Shown piece by piece: positions 1 through 9,954 of a DNA stretch of 64,000 nt (positions are counted from its first letter, which is position 1; each line of letters opens with the position of its first letter). This DNA is from Eledone cirrhosa (lineage: Eukaryota): positions 247,938,001-248,002,000 of the forward strand of contig OZ024740.1 in NCBI GenBank assembly GCA_964016885.1. Direction: 5' to 3'. Under the pieces are notes generated by a model. The model was not told where the DNA came from. It saw only the letters and a list, made by a program, of their open reading frames with translations, and made no database searches. A program made the translations under genes and the position numbers.

Positions 1-1912
1 TCACCTTGACCCTTGAGCAGATGCTGGTGTGCATCGCCTCCATCCAGCCTCTGAAAACGGGACCGAAACCGGCCGCCTTGAGAACCGCTTCTAAGTATCG
101 ATGGTCGACCCTATCGAATGCCTTAGACTGATCCAAATTGATCAGAGCCCCACCGAAGCCGGGTTTACTACCCACCCTCTATATGATGTATCGCATGAGG
201 TGGAGTTTCTCGTATATGGACCTGGTCGGGATTGCACACGTTTGCGCTTTCCCTACCAGGTTCTCGACGACAAGTGCCAACCTCGTCGCTAGCACCTTGG
301 CCAAAATCTTTCTCTTTGTGTTGGGCAGAGTTATGGGCCTGAAGTTGTTAATTTCGTCCCCGCTGTTCTCGTCTTTCCTGATCAGCGTTACTACTCCCTT
401 GACTGCAGAACTGGGAATTCTCCCGTTCTGCTGCCAATTGCAGTAGACGGCTTCGAGGACGCCAGAGTCCGGCATGCCTATGTAAAACTCATAGGGTAGA
501 CCATCTAGACCGGGTGACCTGCGTTTCCCGCAGCGGCCCAGAGCGTCCCGTATCTCAGTGTCCGTGATCGGTCTTTCGCAGAACTCTGCGTCCGTGTTCG
601 AGAGACGCGGCAGGCCGTCGAGGTATGAACCTCCATTGCCCCGTTCGGCTCACCGTCGTTCTGCTCAAACAGTCGCGCAAAGTGCTGCTGAAAGGCCGCG
701 CACATTTGCTTGGGGTCAAGTAGCACGCATCCGTTTTGGTCTTTCAAATACTGAATCGTGGATTTGTTGCCACTTTTCGCCTCCGCCACTCGGGCCCAGC
801 TCACAGCTTTCACTCCTTCGTTTCCTAGAGCACGTGTTTTGCTTCTGACCACGCAGCCTTCGTGTGTTTCGCATCGAAGAACTGGTCCAGTGCCGTTCTC
901 GACGCTAACACTCTAGCCGCGTTACCACTTCTAAGTGCCTCTTCTACCTTGGCTACTAGTTCTCTTTCTATTTTGTTTTTCTCTAAGGCTAACTCTCTGC
1001 TAAACACTATCGATTCTATTCTAATTGCTTTCTTGAGAGAGTACCACCATTTATTGTTGACGATGGCTCCCGTTAACTGTTGCTTGACTAGTCTACTTAT
1101 CCGTTCACTGTAAGCTTTACGTGCCGGCAACGACACGTTCAGCTTCCAGTATCCGGGTCCTTGTATCCGGGTCCAGTATCCGGGTCCTGTGTTCTATCAC
1201 GGTTGACTAAGCAGACGACTAATTTGTGATCTGAATAGGCAACCATGTGCATTCGTGGACAGTTTAACACCTCCTTGTCCCTTTCTCTAATGAAGAACCT
1301 ATCTAAATACGATCTAGATGTCCCGCTGCAGTTTGCCCACGTCCACTGTGGTGCAGTCGGGAAACCCAGTCGATACCTATCGGCCAGTTGGAATTGGCCG
1401 ATTAAAGTTTTGAGGCTGTTGCACCCCCCTCTACTGGGACATGCTCCCACATAGTCCCATCGTGCATCTAGGATACCATTCCAGTCCCCCACTAAAAGTA
1501 AGGAGCGAGACGTTCCCAGAAAAGACTCTAGACGCTTAAAGAAGTCTGGCCGTGTTTGCGATTGCCCGGTCAGGGCATAAACGGCCACCAGTCTAAAGGC
1601 TCCACCTCCTATACTGTTCACGTCTAGGACTACCAGTCTACCCTCCGGGTCCAAGTGTACTTGCTGTACTTCGACGTCCAGGTTCTTCCGAAACATGACA
1701 GCCACTCCTCCTCCACCACCTGGATGACAGAGAGGTGCGTAGATCTCAAAGTCGTCGAAGATGGGGGTTAGTTGCTGCCTGTTGTGGATCCTGGACTCGA
1801 TGATAGTTATCATACACTTACCGTGCCACCTACGGTCGTTTAAAAGTTAGCCCTGTTTCCAGAGCATCCCTAGGCCACGCACATTCACGCTTCCAACTCG
1901 TAAACTAGCCAT
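1..1912 (-). pseudogene. ORF2 (APE endonuclease + RT) of Tx1-like copy 1, disrupted
   Basis: ATG at 1912 gives MASLRVGSVNVRGLGMLWKQG then TAA. Further pieces at 1139-1813, 825-1136, 505-852 and 179-475 align with the 4094-7531 protein but are separated by frameshifts. Confidence 0.92.
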
Positions 1913-1953
1913 GTTGGTGAAGAAAAGTTGGAGAAAAAGGACGAAAGGTGCAC

Positions 1954-3208
1954 TTACCTTTTCGTTTCCTCGAGATCGGGTTGTTCAATCTCCATTTGGG
2001 TGCTGGATGGGGTGTTGGGTGGGGTGGGGAAACATTTTAACAGGACTCGGTAGATGGGTTTCTGGCAGGGGTTGCCCACGTCCTGTGAAAATTTATTTTT
2101 CAAGTCATTATAGGTTTCCATAGAAACCCTTATAAGTTTAAGGTGTGGAGACGATTCTGCCTTGACGAAAGTTTTGCCCTCCGTCTCCACCTTGGGGTTT
2201 TGGGAGATGACCTCCATCAAACTCTTGTTGTTTGTGTTTCTTAAAGAAGAAGCAGCTTCATCCGTCGATGAATAATCATCGTCAGGAGTGTGGGGTAGGG
2301 GTATGTTGTGTGGTGGTGGTGTTTCGGTGTGTGTGTTTGATGGAGTGGGATGAGGTGGGGCTGTGTTCTTCAGGGGTGCTGTCTCTGTTTTTTCTGTTGT
2401 TGTTGGTTGAGTGGCTGTTTGTTTTGGTATGGTTGCTCGTTTCGTCTGTCGTTGTACTTGTGGTGGTGGTGATTGTTTTGGTGTGGGTGTTGGTAATAGT
2501 GTTTCTTTAATGATGTTGTTGTGGTGTGTTTGTGAAGGACAGAAGGCTTTTAGGTGTGCTGTGCTACCACAGCGAAAGCAATGAATGTTTCGTCCTTCTA
2601 CCGAAATGTTTATTTTGTTGTTGTCGTCGATCACGACTCTTTCGGGTATTTTGGAGATTCTCTCCGGCCTCATTTGCAACAGAATCTCCAAATCAGTACC
2701 CGCCCACCTTTGTCGAATAGACTTTCGTATCTAAAGAATCATATCAGTTTCTGGCTCTACGAAGCCAGCCAAGATCCACCAGATGTTAATGTTTGTGGGT
2801 ATATTTTCTATTTTTATTTTCTGTGTCCTTTTTCCCATGTATGTAGGGAAAAAGGTGAATGCTTTTGACACTATTGGTGTCAGTACGGCAACACTTCCGT
2901 ACTGTTTTCCTCATTGGAGAAAGTCGATATTTGCTATAATTTCCTTGAAAGTAGCTTCTATATCTGTTTGACTAACAAATATCGGCTTTCTCGTGGTATT
3001 GGATACAGTCCTAAAGGTCACTGTCCTTCTAACTGTGTCTTCTTTTATTTCAAGGGGTGAGTTAATTCTAAACCCACCCTTCTCTTCGAAAGTTATAAAT
3101 TTTCTCCCTTGCTGGAGCATATCTCTTGCATTCGAGATGTCAAGATTTATAAAATCTTGTTTTTTGTTCACTGTTTCAGCGAAAGACTTTTTTTTTGTGT
3201 AGTGATGC

Positions 3209-3292
<84 letters not shown>

Positions 3293-3605
3293 CGTTGTTA
3301 GCCTCGGTGTTGGAAATCTCAGTTCCTTGACGAGGTGAAACGTTATGTGTAGATGTATCTGTGGAGTTGTTGATGTCTTTTTCATGTGTATGTATGTTAA
3401 TGTGTCTAATTCCTGAGTTTTCATTTCTCTCCGCTTCGACGGTAGAAATTGTACAATCTTCAGGTGGCAATATTTTCTTCCCTTTGTTGACAGTCGTATC
3501 TATGGTGACGTCCATAGTAGCAGAAGCAGATATAACGTTAAAATCTACCTCTTTCTTTCTCTTTTCTCTGTCGACCTTCTCGAGCGTTCTTTCCGTCTTA
3601 TTCAT
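1954..3605 (-). pseudogene. ORF1 (zinc-knuckle protein) of Tx1-like copy 1, frameshifted
   Basis: Pieces 3168-3605, 2911-3171 and 1954-2691 match ORF1 of copy 2 (DIS.A..ML, RTV.FRT, RPERI..IPERV, VEGR..C..CG...H....C, P.C.KPI.RV). Confidence 0.88.
3205..3298. repeat. (GTT)n/(AAC)n microsatellite encoding poly-Asn in ORF1
   Basis: Long GTT triplet run seen directly; in frame with the ORF1 piece 3168-3605. Confidence 0.97.
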
Positions 3606-4093
3606 GTTTTATAGTTGGCAAAATTTTATATTTTAAAGCAATTTTTAAATAAAAATTTCGCCCCTAAATGGGCGAAAAATGGGATTACCACCCAGCTGAC
3701 AATTCAGCTTGGGGGTTAATCTACAAAATAATATATTTTTTCAAACAATTTGTTCTGTTTTTCGTATATAAATTAACAAAAAATCTTATCGGTGATGTTC
3801 CACGCGTCAGGCAGAGGGGAAGATAGATAAGTTTCTTTTATTTGCCACTAGGGCATCAAAAGTGGGACAAGTACAAAGGGGGGAGTTTACACAAAAAGGC
3901 GTCCTCAATAAGGAGGAGGCAATAACAAAATATAAAAATAAAATAAGATATAACAAAAAATAAAATTTTTAACAAAATCCTCAATAGAGAGGAGGCGCCT
4001 TGGGGGGTCGCACACACCCCCGAAAAAAGTGTGCAACCCTTTTCCTCAGGAGCACAGAGAGGGGGTGCTCCCTCGTTCCTTCCTCTTTTCCAC

Positions 4094-7000
4094 CTACAGG
4101 CTTATGTAAAGAGAAGGCCCATTCACACGGGCCATTCTCGCCACTTTCACCCACCTTTCATAAAAACGACTGGGGTGCAGCACCTCTCTCTCCATCCTGA
4201 TCCTTCTTCCGAAATGATATCGGAAGAAACGGACCAGTTGTTGGCCAGAGAGAAAGGCGCCCGACCTCAGTCCTTTCAGACGCGTCCACCATACAACCTC
4301 TTTCGCCATGGCTATTACGCACAGAAACACCGCCTCTGCTTCATCTTTGAAGGGGGGAGGCGGCTTGATCATTACAATAGACTCGGTGGTCAACCGGATC
4401 GGTCCCACCCTTGACAGCAGTTGTTCGACATAGCCCCACAGATCGGCTACGCCCGAGCAGTGTACCAATGCGTGTGCAACGGTTTCCTCGTCGCACACGC
4501 ATCTGGGACAGATCTTTTTGGCGGGGTCCCTACCCGGGCGCCCGTGTCTGTAGAGCCTTTCTCGAACGGGTAAAGCCCCTCGGTAGCACTGCCAGGCCAG
4601 GGACTTCTGGAAGTTGTCCATAGGTCCCGGGCTGAATGTCCTACCGAACAGGCTGGCCAGTTCGTCCTCCTCCATGTCTAGGGCTTCTCCGAGGGCGTCG
4701 TCGCACCTGCTGCGTACCAGCCCTCTATAGAATGTTGCGGTGGAGTCTCCACTGATAACCGGATCCGCCTGCCAGAGGGCGGTGAGCGCCTGGGCACACT
4801 CAGTGTGCCAGGCGCCCAGTTTTCTCGGTCTCTGCTTGACCCAGGATTGCAGTTCGGTGAGTGAGACGAGTCTGGGAAAGGTTCGTCTCACAAACGGGGC
4901 CCACACCGGTTGTCCGGTGAGGAATACGTAGAGGTGCCGTAGCCTTAATGCGTGTTTACGCATCATTAGCCACGGCATCCCCAGCCCTCCTTTCGAAGGG
5001 TGTTGACAGCAGATGGATCTCCTCACCATAGGAGCCCGCCCCTTCCAAAGGAATTGGAAGAGCGCGCGCTCCATCTTGGTGAGGGTTTCCCTTGGGCAGG
5101 GCACTACGGTCAGGCGGTAGTAGATGACGGACGCTATATAAGTGTTCGCCACCTCCGCCCGACCTTTCAGGGATAGTTTGCAACTGGCCCACTTCTGGGT
5201 CAGTGCAAACACCCTGTTCGTAACCTCCGCCCAGTTTTTCTCCACCTGGAGGTCCGGTCCGAACCAGACCCCGAGCAACTTCACCGGGCCCTCCGTCCAG
5301 CGTCCGACGACGCCATCGGAGGGCATCGGTCTGCCCCTCCACGTGCCGAGTTGCAAACCGATCGACTTGTCCCGGTTCAGCTTAGCCCCTGTGAACTTTT
5401 CGTACTCCTCCAGTAAGGTGCCGACCGCCTCGATTTCGGAGGCCGTCGAGACCATTACTGTCACGTCATCGGCGTAGGCCGACACCGCTTTCCGCAATCC
5501 CGGTTCCAAAGGGATGCCCTGCAACAACTCCAACTTCCGCAGTAGTGGCTCGAGAGTCAACACATACAGAAGGGAGGAGAGAGGGCACCCTTGTCGGATG
5601 GACCGCGCGATTTTGAACGGCTCCGAGAGGTAGCCGTTCACCTTGACCCTAGAGCAGATGCGGCTGCTGTGCATAGCAGTGATCCAGCCCCTGAAAACGG
5701 GTCCGAAGCCTGCCGCCGCTAGCACCGCATCCAGGTAACCATGGTCGACCCTATCGAACGCCTTAGATTGATCCAAGTTGATCAGAGCCCCACCAAAGCC
5801 GGGTTCGTTCCCAACCCTCTCTATGATGTATCGCATGAGGTGGAGGTTGTCATGGATGGACCTGGACGGGATAGCGCATGTCTGCGCATCTCCCACCAGG
5901 TTGCCCACGACAAGCGCCAACCTCTTTGCTAGCACCTTGGCCAAAATCTGTAACTCTGTATTTAGCAGAGTTATGGGCCTGAAGTTACTTATTTCGTCCC
6001 CCTTGTTCTCGTCCTTCCTCACTAGCGTGACTACGCCCTTGGTCACAGTACAGGGAATTCTCCCGTTCTGTTGCCAGTTGCAGTAGACCGCCTCGAGGAG
6101 ATCGGGGAACAAGTCCGGCATAGCTAGATATAATTCGTAAGGAAGACCATCGAGACCCGGGGATTTGCGTTTGCCGCATTGGCCCAGCACGTCCTCTATC
6201 TCAGCGGCCGAAATCGGCTCCTCGCAAGACTTCGCCTCCCTGTCCGAGAGGCGCGGCAGGCCGTCGAGGTATGGACCGAAGTCCACGTTTCCAACCGGCT
6301 CCCCGCCCCTCCCGAACAGTCGGGCAAAGTGCCTTTGAAAGGCCTCACACATCTGCTTAGGCTCAAGAATCGCCCGTCCATCCAGGTCTCGCAAAGACCG
6401 GATGGTGGATTTAGTTCCACTGTTGGCCTCTGTCACGCGGGCCCAGCTAACAGCTTTGGCCCCCTCGTTCCCTAGAGCACGTATTTTACTTCGGACAACG
6501 CAGCCTTCGTGCTTCGCGTCGAAAAACTGGCTCAAAGCCGTTCTCGACGCTAGCACTCTGGCCACGTCGCCGCTTCTAATTGCCTCTTCTACTCTATCTA
6601 TTAGCTCCCTTTCCTTCCTATTCCTATCCGCAGCTAGAACCTTACTAAATTCAATCGAGACTACTCTAATCTCTCTCTTTAGAGATACCCACCACCTGCT
6701 GTTGACGATCGCTCCAGTCAACCGTTCCTTAACTAACGTACTAATCCGATTCCTGTAGGCTCTACTTGCCGGCAAGGACAAGTTGAGCTTCCAGTAACCG
6801 GGGCCCTGTCTATGCGTTCTATCAAGGTTGACCATGCAGGTCACCAACTTGTGGTCTGAATAGCCAACCATGAGCATTTCTGGACAACTTAAAAAGTCCC
6901 TGTCCTTATTTCTAACTAAAAATCTATCTAGGTACGATCTAGATGATCCGCTGCGATTTGACCAAGACCAGGTTGGCACCGTCGGAAAATCTAGTCGAAA

Positions 7001-7531
7001 TCTATCGGCCAGGTCAAATCGGCCGAGTAACCCCTTGAGGCTGTTGCACCCCTCTCTATCGGGACATGCCCCTGCATAGTCCCAACGTGCATCCAGGATA
7101 CCATTCCAATCCCCCACTAAAAGCAGGGAACGGGACGTCCCTAGAAAAGACTCCAGACGCTGGAAAAAGTCGGGCCGCTCTGTCCCAAAAGGGGCATATG
7201 CGGCTATCAGCCTAAAGGCTCTACCTTCACCACTGCCAAGGTCCAGCACCACCAGTCGACCCCCTGGGTCCACGTGAACTATCTGTGTTGCAAGGCCCAT
7301 ATGTTTTTGCAGCAGAACGACAACCCCACCCCCACCTCCGGGCTGACAGAGAGATGCGTGCATCTCAAAGTCGTCAAAGGTGGGGGCTAGCTGTCGCATG
7401 CTGCTGATCCGGGCCTCGCAGATAACCATCACATTTATAGATTGTGACCTGAGGTCATTTAGAAGCATTGCTTGCTTCCAAGACGAGCCCAGGCCACGCG
7501 CATTTAGACACCCTACTCTTAGCACAGCCAT
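4094..7531 (-). CDS. Tx1-like ORF2: APE endonuclease, reverse transcriptase and C-terminal CCHC finger (1145 aa from ATG 7531)
   Basis: Uninterrupted ORF. Endonuclease: CLNARGL, CE, GDWN, YLDRF, SDH, then PGYWKLN. RT: PGLDGLP, NFRPITLLN, LDQSKAFDRV, RQGCPLS, YADD. C-terminal CPRC-x8-H-x4-C. Confidence 0.96.
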   Translation of the reverse strand: MAVLRVGCLNARGLGSSWKQAMLLNDLRSQSINVMVICEARISSMRQLAPTFDDFEMHASLCQPGGGGGVVVLLQKHMGLATQIVHVDPGGRLVVLDLGSGEGRAFRLIAAYAPFGTERPDFFQRLESFLGTSRSLLLVGDWNGILDARWDYAGACPDREGCNSLKGLLGRFDLADRFRLDFPTVPTWSWSNRSGSSRSYLDRFLVRNKDRDFLSCPEMLMVGYSDHKLVTCMVNLDRTHRQGPGYWKLNLSLPASRAYRNRISTLVKERLTGAIVNSRWWVSLKREIRVVSIEFSKVLAADRNRKERELIDRVEEAIRSGDVARVLASRTALSQFFDAKHEGCVVRSKIRALGNEGAKAVSWARVTEANSGTKSTIRSLRDLDGRAILEPKQMCEAFQRHFARLFGRGGEPVGNVDFGPYLDGLPRLSDREAKSCEEPISAAEIEDVLGQCGKRKSPGLDGLPYELYLAMPDLFPDLLEAVYCNWQQNGRIPCTVTKGVVTLVRKDENKGDEISNFRPITLLNTELQILAKVLAKRLALVVGNLVGDAQTCAIPSRSIHDNLHLMRYIIERVGNEPGFGGALINLDQSKAFDRVDHGYLDAVLAAAGFGPVFRGWITAMHSSRICSRVKVNGYLSEPFKIARSIRQGCPLSSLLYVLTLEPLLRKLELLQGIPLEPGLRKAVSAYADDVTVMVSTASEIEAVGTLLEEYEKFTGAKLNRDKSIGLQLGTWRGRPMPSDGVVGRWTEGPVKLLGVWFGPDLQVEKNWAEVTNRVFALTQKWASCKLSLKGRAEVANTYIASVIYYRLTVVPCPRETLTKMERALFQFLWKGRAPMVRRSICCQHPSKGGLGMPWLMMRKHALRLRHLYVFLTGQPVWAPFVRRTFPRLVSLTELQSWVKQRPRKLGAWHTECAQALTALWQADPVISGDSTATFYRGLVRSRCDDALGEALDMEEDELASLFGRTFSPGPMDNFQKSLAWQCYRGALPVRERLYRHGRPGRDPAKKICPRCVCDEETVAHALVHCSGVADLWGYVEQLLSRVGPIRLTTESIVMIKPPPPFKDEAEAVFLCVIAMAKEVVWWTRLKGLRSGAFLSGQQLVRFFRYHFGRRIRMEREVLHPSRFYERWVKVARMARVNGPSLYISL

Positions 7532-7555
7532 GTTGGTGGTAAAGAGAAAAGGCAC

Positions 7556-9198
7556 TTACCTCTCTGCGTCCCGGGAAACGGGCCGCTCAATTTCCATGCT
7601 GGTTGGGGATGGGTTGTTGGGTGGGGTTGTGGTTTGTGGAAGTGAAGGGGCATCGGTGTGTTGTGGGGTTGGGGTGTTTGTCGTTGAGTGGGTGTCTGGG
7701 TGAGGTGGGGGGGTGAAATTTTTTAGGGGGACGCGGTTGATTGGTTTGGCGCAGGGGGGGCCCACGTCCTCCGTGAAATTTATTTTCAGTGTTTTGTACA
7801 AGTGCATTGGGACTTTTATCATTTTCAAATGAGGTAGTCCCACAGCAGTTATAAAGTTTGGCCCTTCGGTTTGGACCGAAGGGTTTGCTGAAATTGTTTT
7901 CCGTAATTCTTTGTTGTCTGTGTTCATGTATGTGTATTGTAATGTCTTTTTTTGTGTAGCAGTTAGTGTTGTGTGACAGGGAGGGGTGGTTTGTGTGTAG
8001 TTTGTGTTCTCTTGGGGGGGATTAAAGTTAACATGTGTGTCTGTGGTGCGTCTCCTCTTCTTTCTTTTTACTTGTTGGAAGGGATCTTTTTCGTCTTGCG
8101 ACGAAAGAGGTTCGTCTTCCTTGTTGGGTGGGAGGGGTATGTTTTCTGGTAGTGTTTGCGGTGTGCGTGTTTTTGTATTTGTTTTGGGTGGGGAGGGATT
8201 GGGTGGGACAGTATTCTGTGTTATTTTTTCACGTGTTTGTTGTTGTTGTTGTTGTGGTGGTGGTGGTGGGGTTGTTGGTTTTTGTTGTTGTTGTGGTTGT
8301 TTTTGTTGTTGTAGTTGGGGTGGTGTTGGTGTTGGTAGCAGTGTTTTTTTCTGTGTGAGCTGGGGACAGGCAGCCCTCAGGTGACCTCTATTGCCACAGA
8401 GGTAACAGGAGGGACGCCTACCCTCCACAATAATGTTGAGGTGGGTACGGTCATCCAGCATGACGCGCTCAGGGATTTGGGCGATGCGTTCTGGCCTTAT
8501 TTGGGTCAGAACTTCGATGCTCGTTCCACTGAACGCGTCGCCGGATGCCTTCCCTATTGAGATGAGGTTGTCCTCGTCTAAATTGAGGAAACCGGTTAGT
8601 AACCACCAGTAGTTTATGTTTGGGGTGATGGTGGTTATCCATATCCTCTGGGTTTTTTTACCCATGTAGGTAGGGAAGAAGGTGTAGTGTGTGGACCGAA
8701 TTGGCGACACAGAGTATTTTTTTGCCGCCAATTCGTCTTTCATCAATATGGATAAACTCCCATAGAGTTTATCCTTTTGTATGAAAGTGATGTCTCTCAT
8801 CGCGTCTTTCAAGACTAACTGAGTTTCCGCTTGAGATGGTTGCGCTGGTTTCTTTGTTTTATTTAAAATTGTTCGGAATACGACAGTTCGTAATTCCGTC
8901 TGTCTTTTTAGCTCCGGAGGTGAATGTATAGAAAACGATCCGTTTTCACCAAAAGACACATATTTCTTGGCTTTTTCCAGCATTTCTTTTGCTTTTGAAA
9001 TATCTTCCAGCACATAAGCGACTGATAATTTAGCCGTTTGTGCAAAAGATATTTTGTTTTCGTTTTGGATATTAGTATTGTTTTGTTTCTCGTCGTTTGA
9101 GTTGTTTTCATCTTTGTTGTTGTTGTTGTCTTTCTCGTTTCGTGTGTGGATACTTGTGACGTTTGTGTTGTTGTTGTTTTTGTTGTCTTTATTGTTGC

Positions 9199-9229
<31 letters not shown>

Positions 9230-9406
9230 GTTTTCAAATTCTTGTGTAGTTGTGGCTACATCTAGTGGTCGGTCAACAGGTGAAGACAATTCTTCCTCTC
9301 TCTGACCTCTGCCTTTGGCATCTGCTGCTGTGACAGTGGCAGGGGGAAGCTGTGAGTATAACTTCCCCTTTCCTTCTTTGATTGATGGTGAAGATGATTC
9401 AGCCAT
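7556..9406 (-). CDS. Tx1-like ORF1, nucleic-acid-binding protein with CCHC zinc knuckle (616 aa from ATG 9406)
   Basis: Open ORF directly upstream of ORF2, with AAAATGG start context, CYLCGNRGHLRAAC knuckle, basic KRKKRRR patch, N-terminal poly-N and Q/P/T-rich C-terminal region. Confidence 0.9.
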
Positions 9407-9625
9407 TTTTCTCAAAATAGGGTTTTTCGAAGTTTTTCGAAAGATAAAATGTTCACAATACTATTTCGCCCAAAGGCGCAGAATATTTTGAGAGACCGAC
9501 CAGATCAAAATTTGACCTGGCAGTCCCTCTACAAAATGATACAAAAATGAAAGTTTACAGTTTACAATTTCCGTATGAATTTAAACAAAAACTTACCGAG
9601 CGAGCTCAGCACATGTGTCCATCGT

Positions 9626-9634
9626 AGATTAGAT

Positions 9635-9707
<73 letters not shown>
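9626..9707. repeat. (GATA)n tetranucleotide microsatellite
   Basis: Near-perfect AGAT run abutting the 5' end of Tx1 copy 2. Confidence 0.98.
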
Positions 9708-9908
9708 GAGTACCAAACACACACGCACATCTTTTACTCTGTCTGTCTCTCCCTCTTTCTCTCTTAATTTCTATATGTATATGTGTGTGTGTGAGTGTGT
9801 GGGTGTGTGTGTGAGACGTTGAAAAGTTGGTCACTTTGTACCCAGAGCTCTGGCCTTTGACATGGCAAGAAAAAGTGGAGATAAAATTCTTTCTGTTCCA
9901 AAAACAGG

Positions 9909-9954
<46 letters not shown>

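Larger units (their letters stand above)
1..3820 (-). mobile_element. Tx1-like (L1 clade) non-LTR retrotransposon, copy 1, decayed, runs off the left edge
   Basis: Frameshifted ORF1 with CCHC knuckle (CFRCGSTAHLKAFC) and ORF2 pieces with APE endonuclease (GDWNG, YLDRF, SDH) and RT (NFRPITL) motifs. Collinear with the intact copy at 3831-9625. Confidence 0.93.
3831..9625 (-). mobile_element. Full-length Tx1-like non-LTR retrotransposon, copy 2, both ORFs open
   Basis: ~220 nt 5'UTR, ORF1, ORF2 and ~260 nt 3'UTR ending AATAAAAGAAAC. Flanked by AGATAGATAAG on the left and AGATTAGATAAG(ATAG)n on the right. Confidence 0.95.

Noticed and set aside
7532-7555. GTG start of ORF2 at 7555 (and TTG start of ORF1 at 9415) from the ORF track
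   Set aside because: Eukaryotic context; the ATGs at 7531 (conserved in copy 1) and 9406 have good Kozak contexts.
101-9305. Many plus-strand and alternative-frame ORFs over the Tx1 elements
   Set aside because: They are antisense shadows of GC-rich ORF2 or translations of GTT repeats, with no independent motifs.
9843-9912. Candidate left TIR of the hAT element (CAGAGCTC.. at 9843 or CAGGGCGC at 9905)
   Set aside because: Weak match to the right end CAGGGGCCTCG and no 8-bp TSD matching CACAGAGG.
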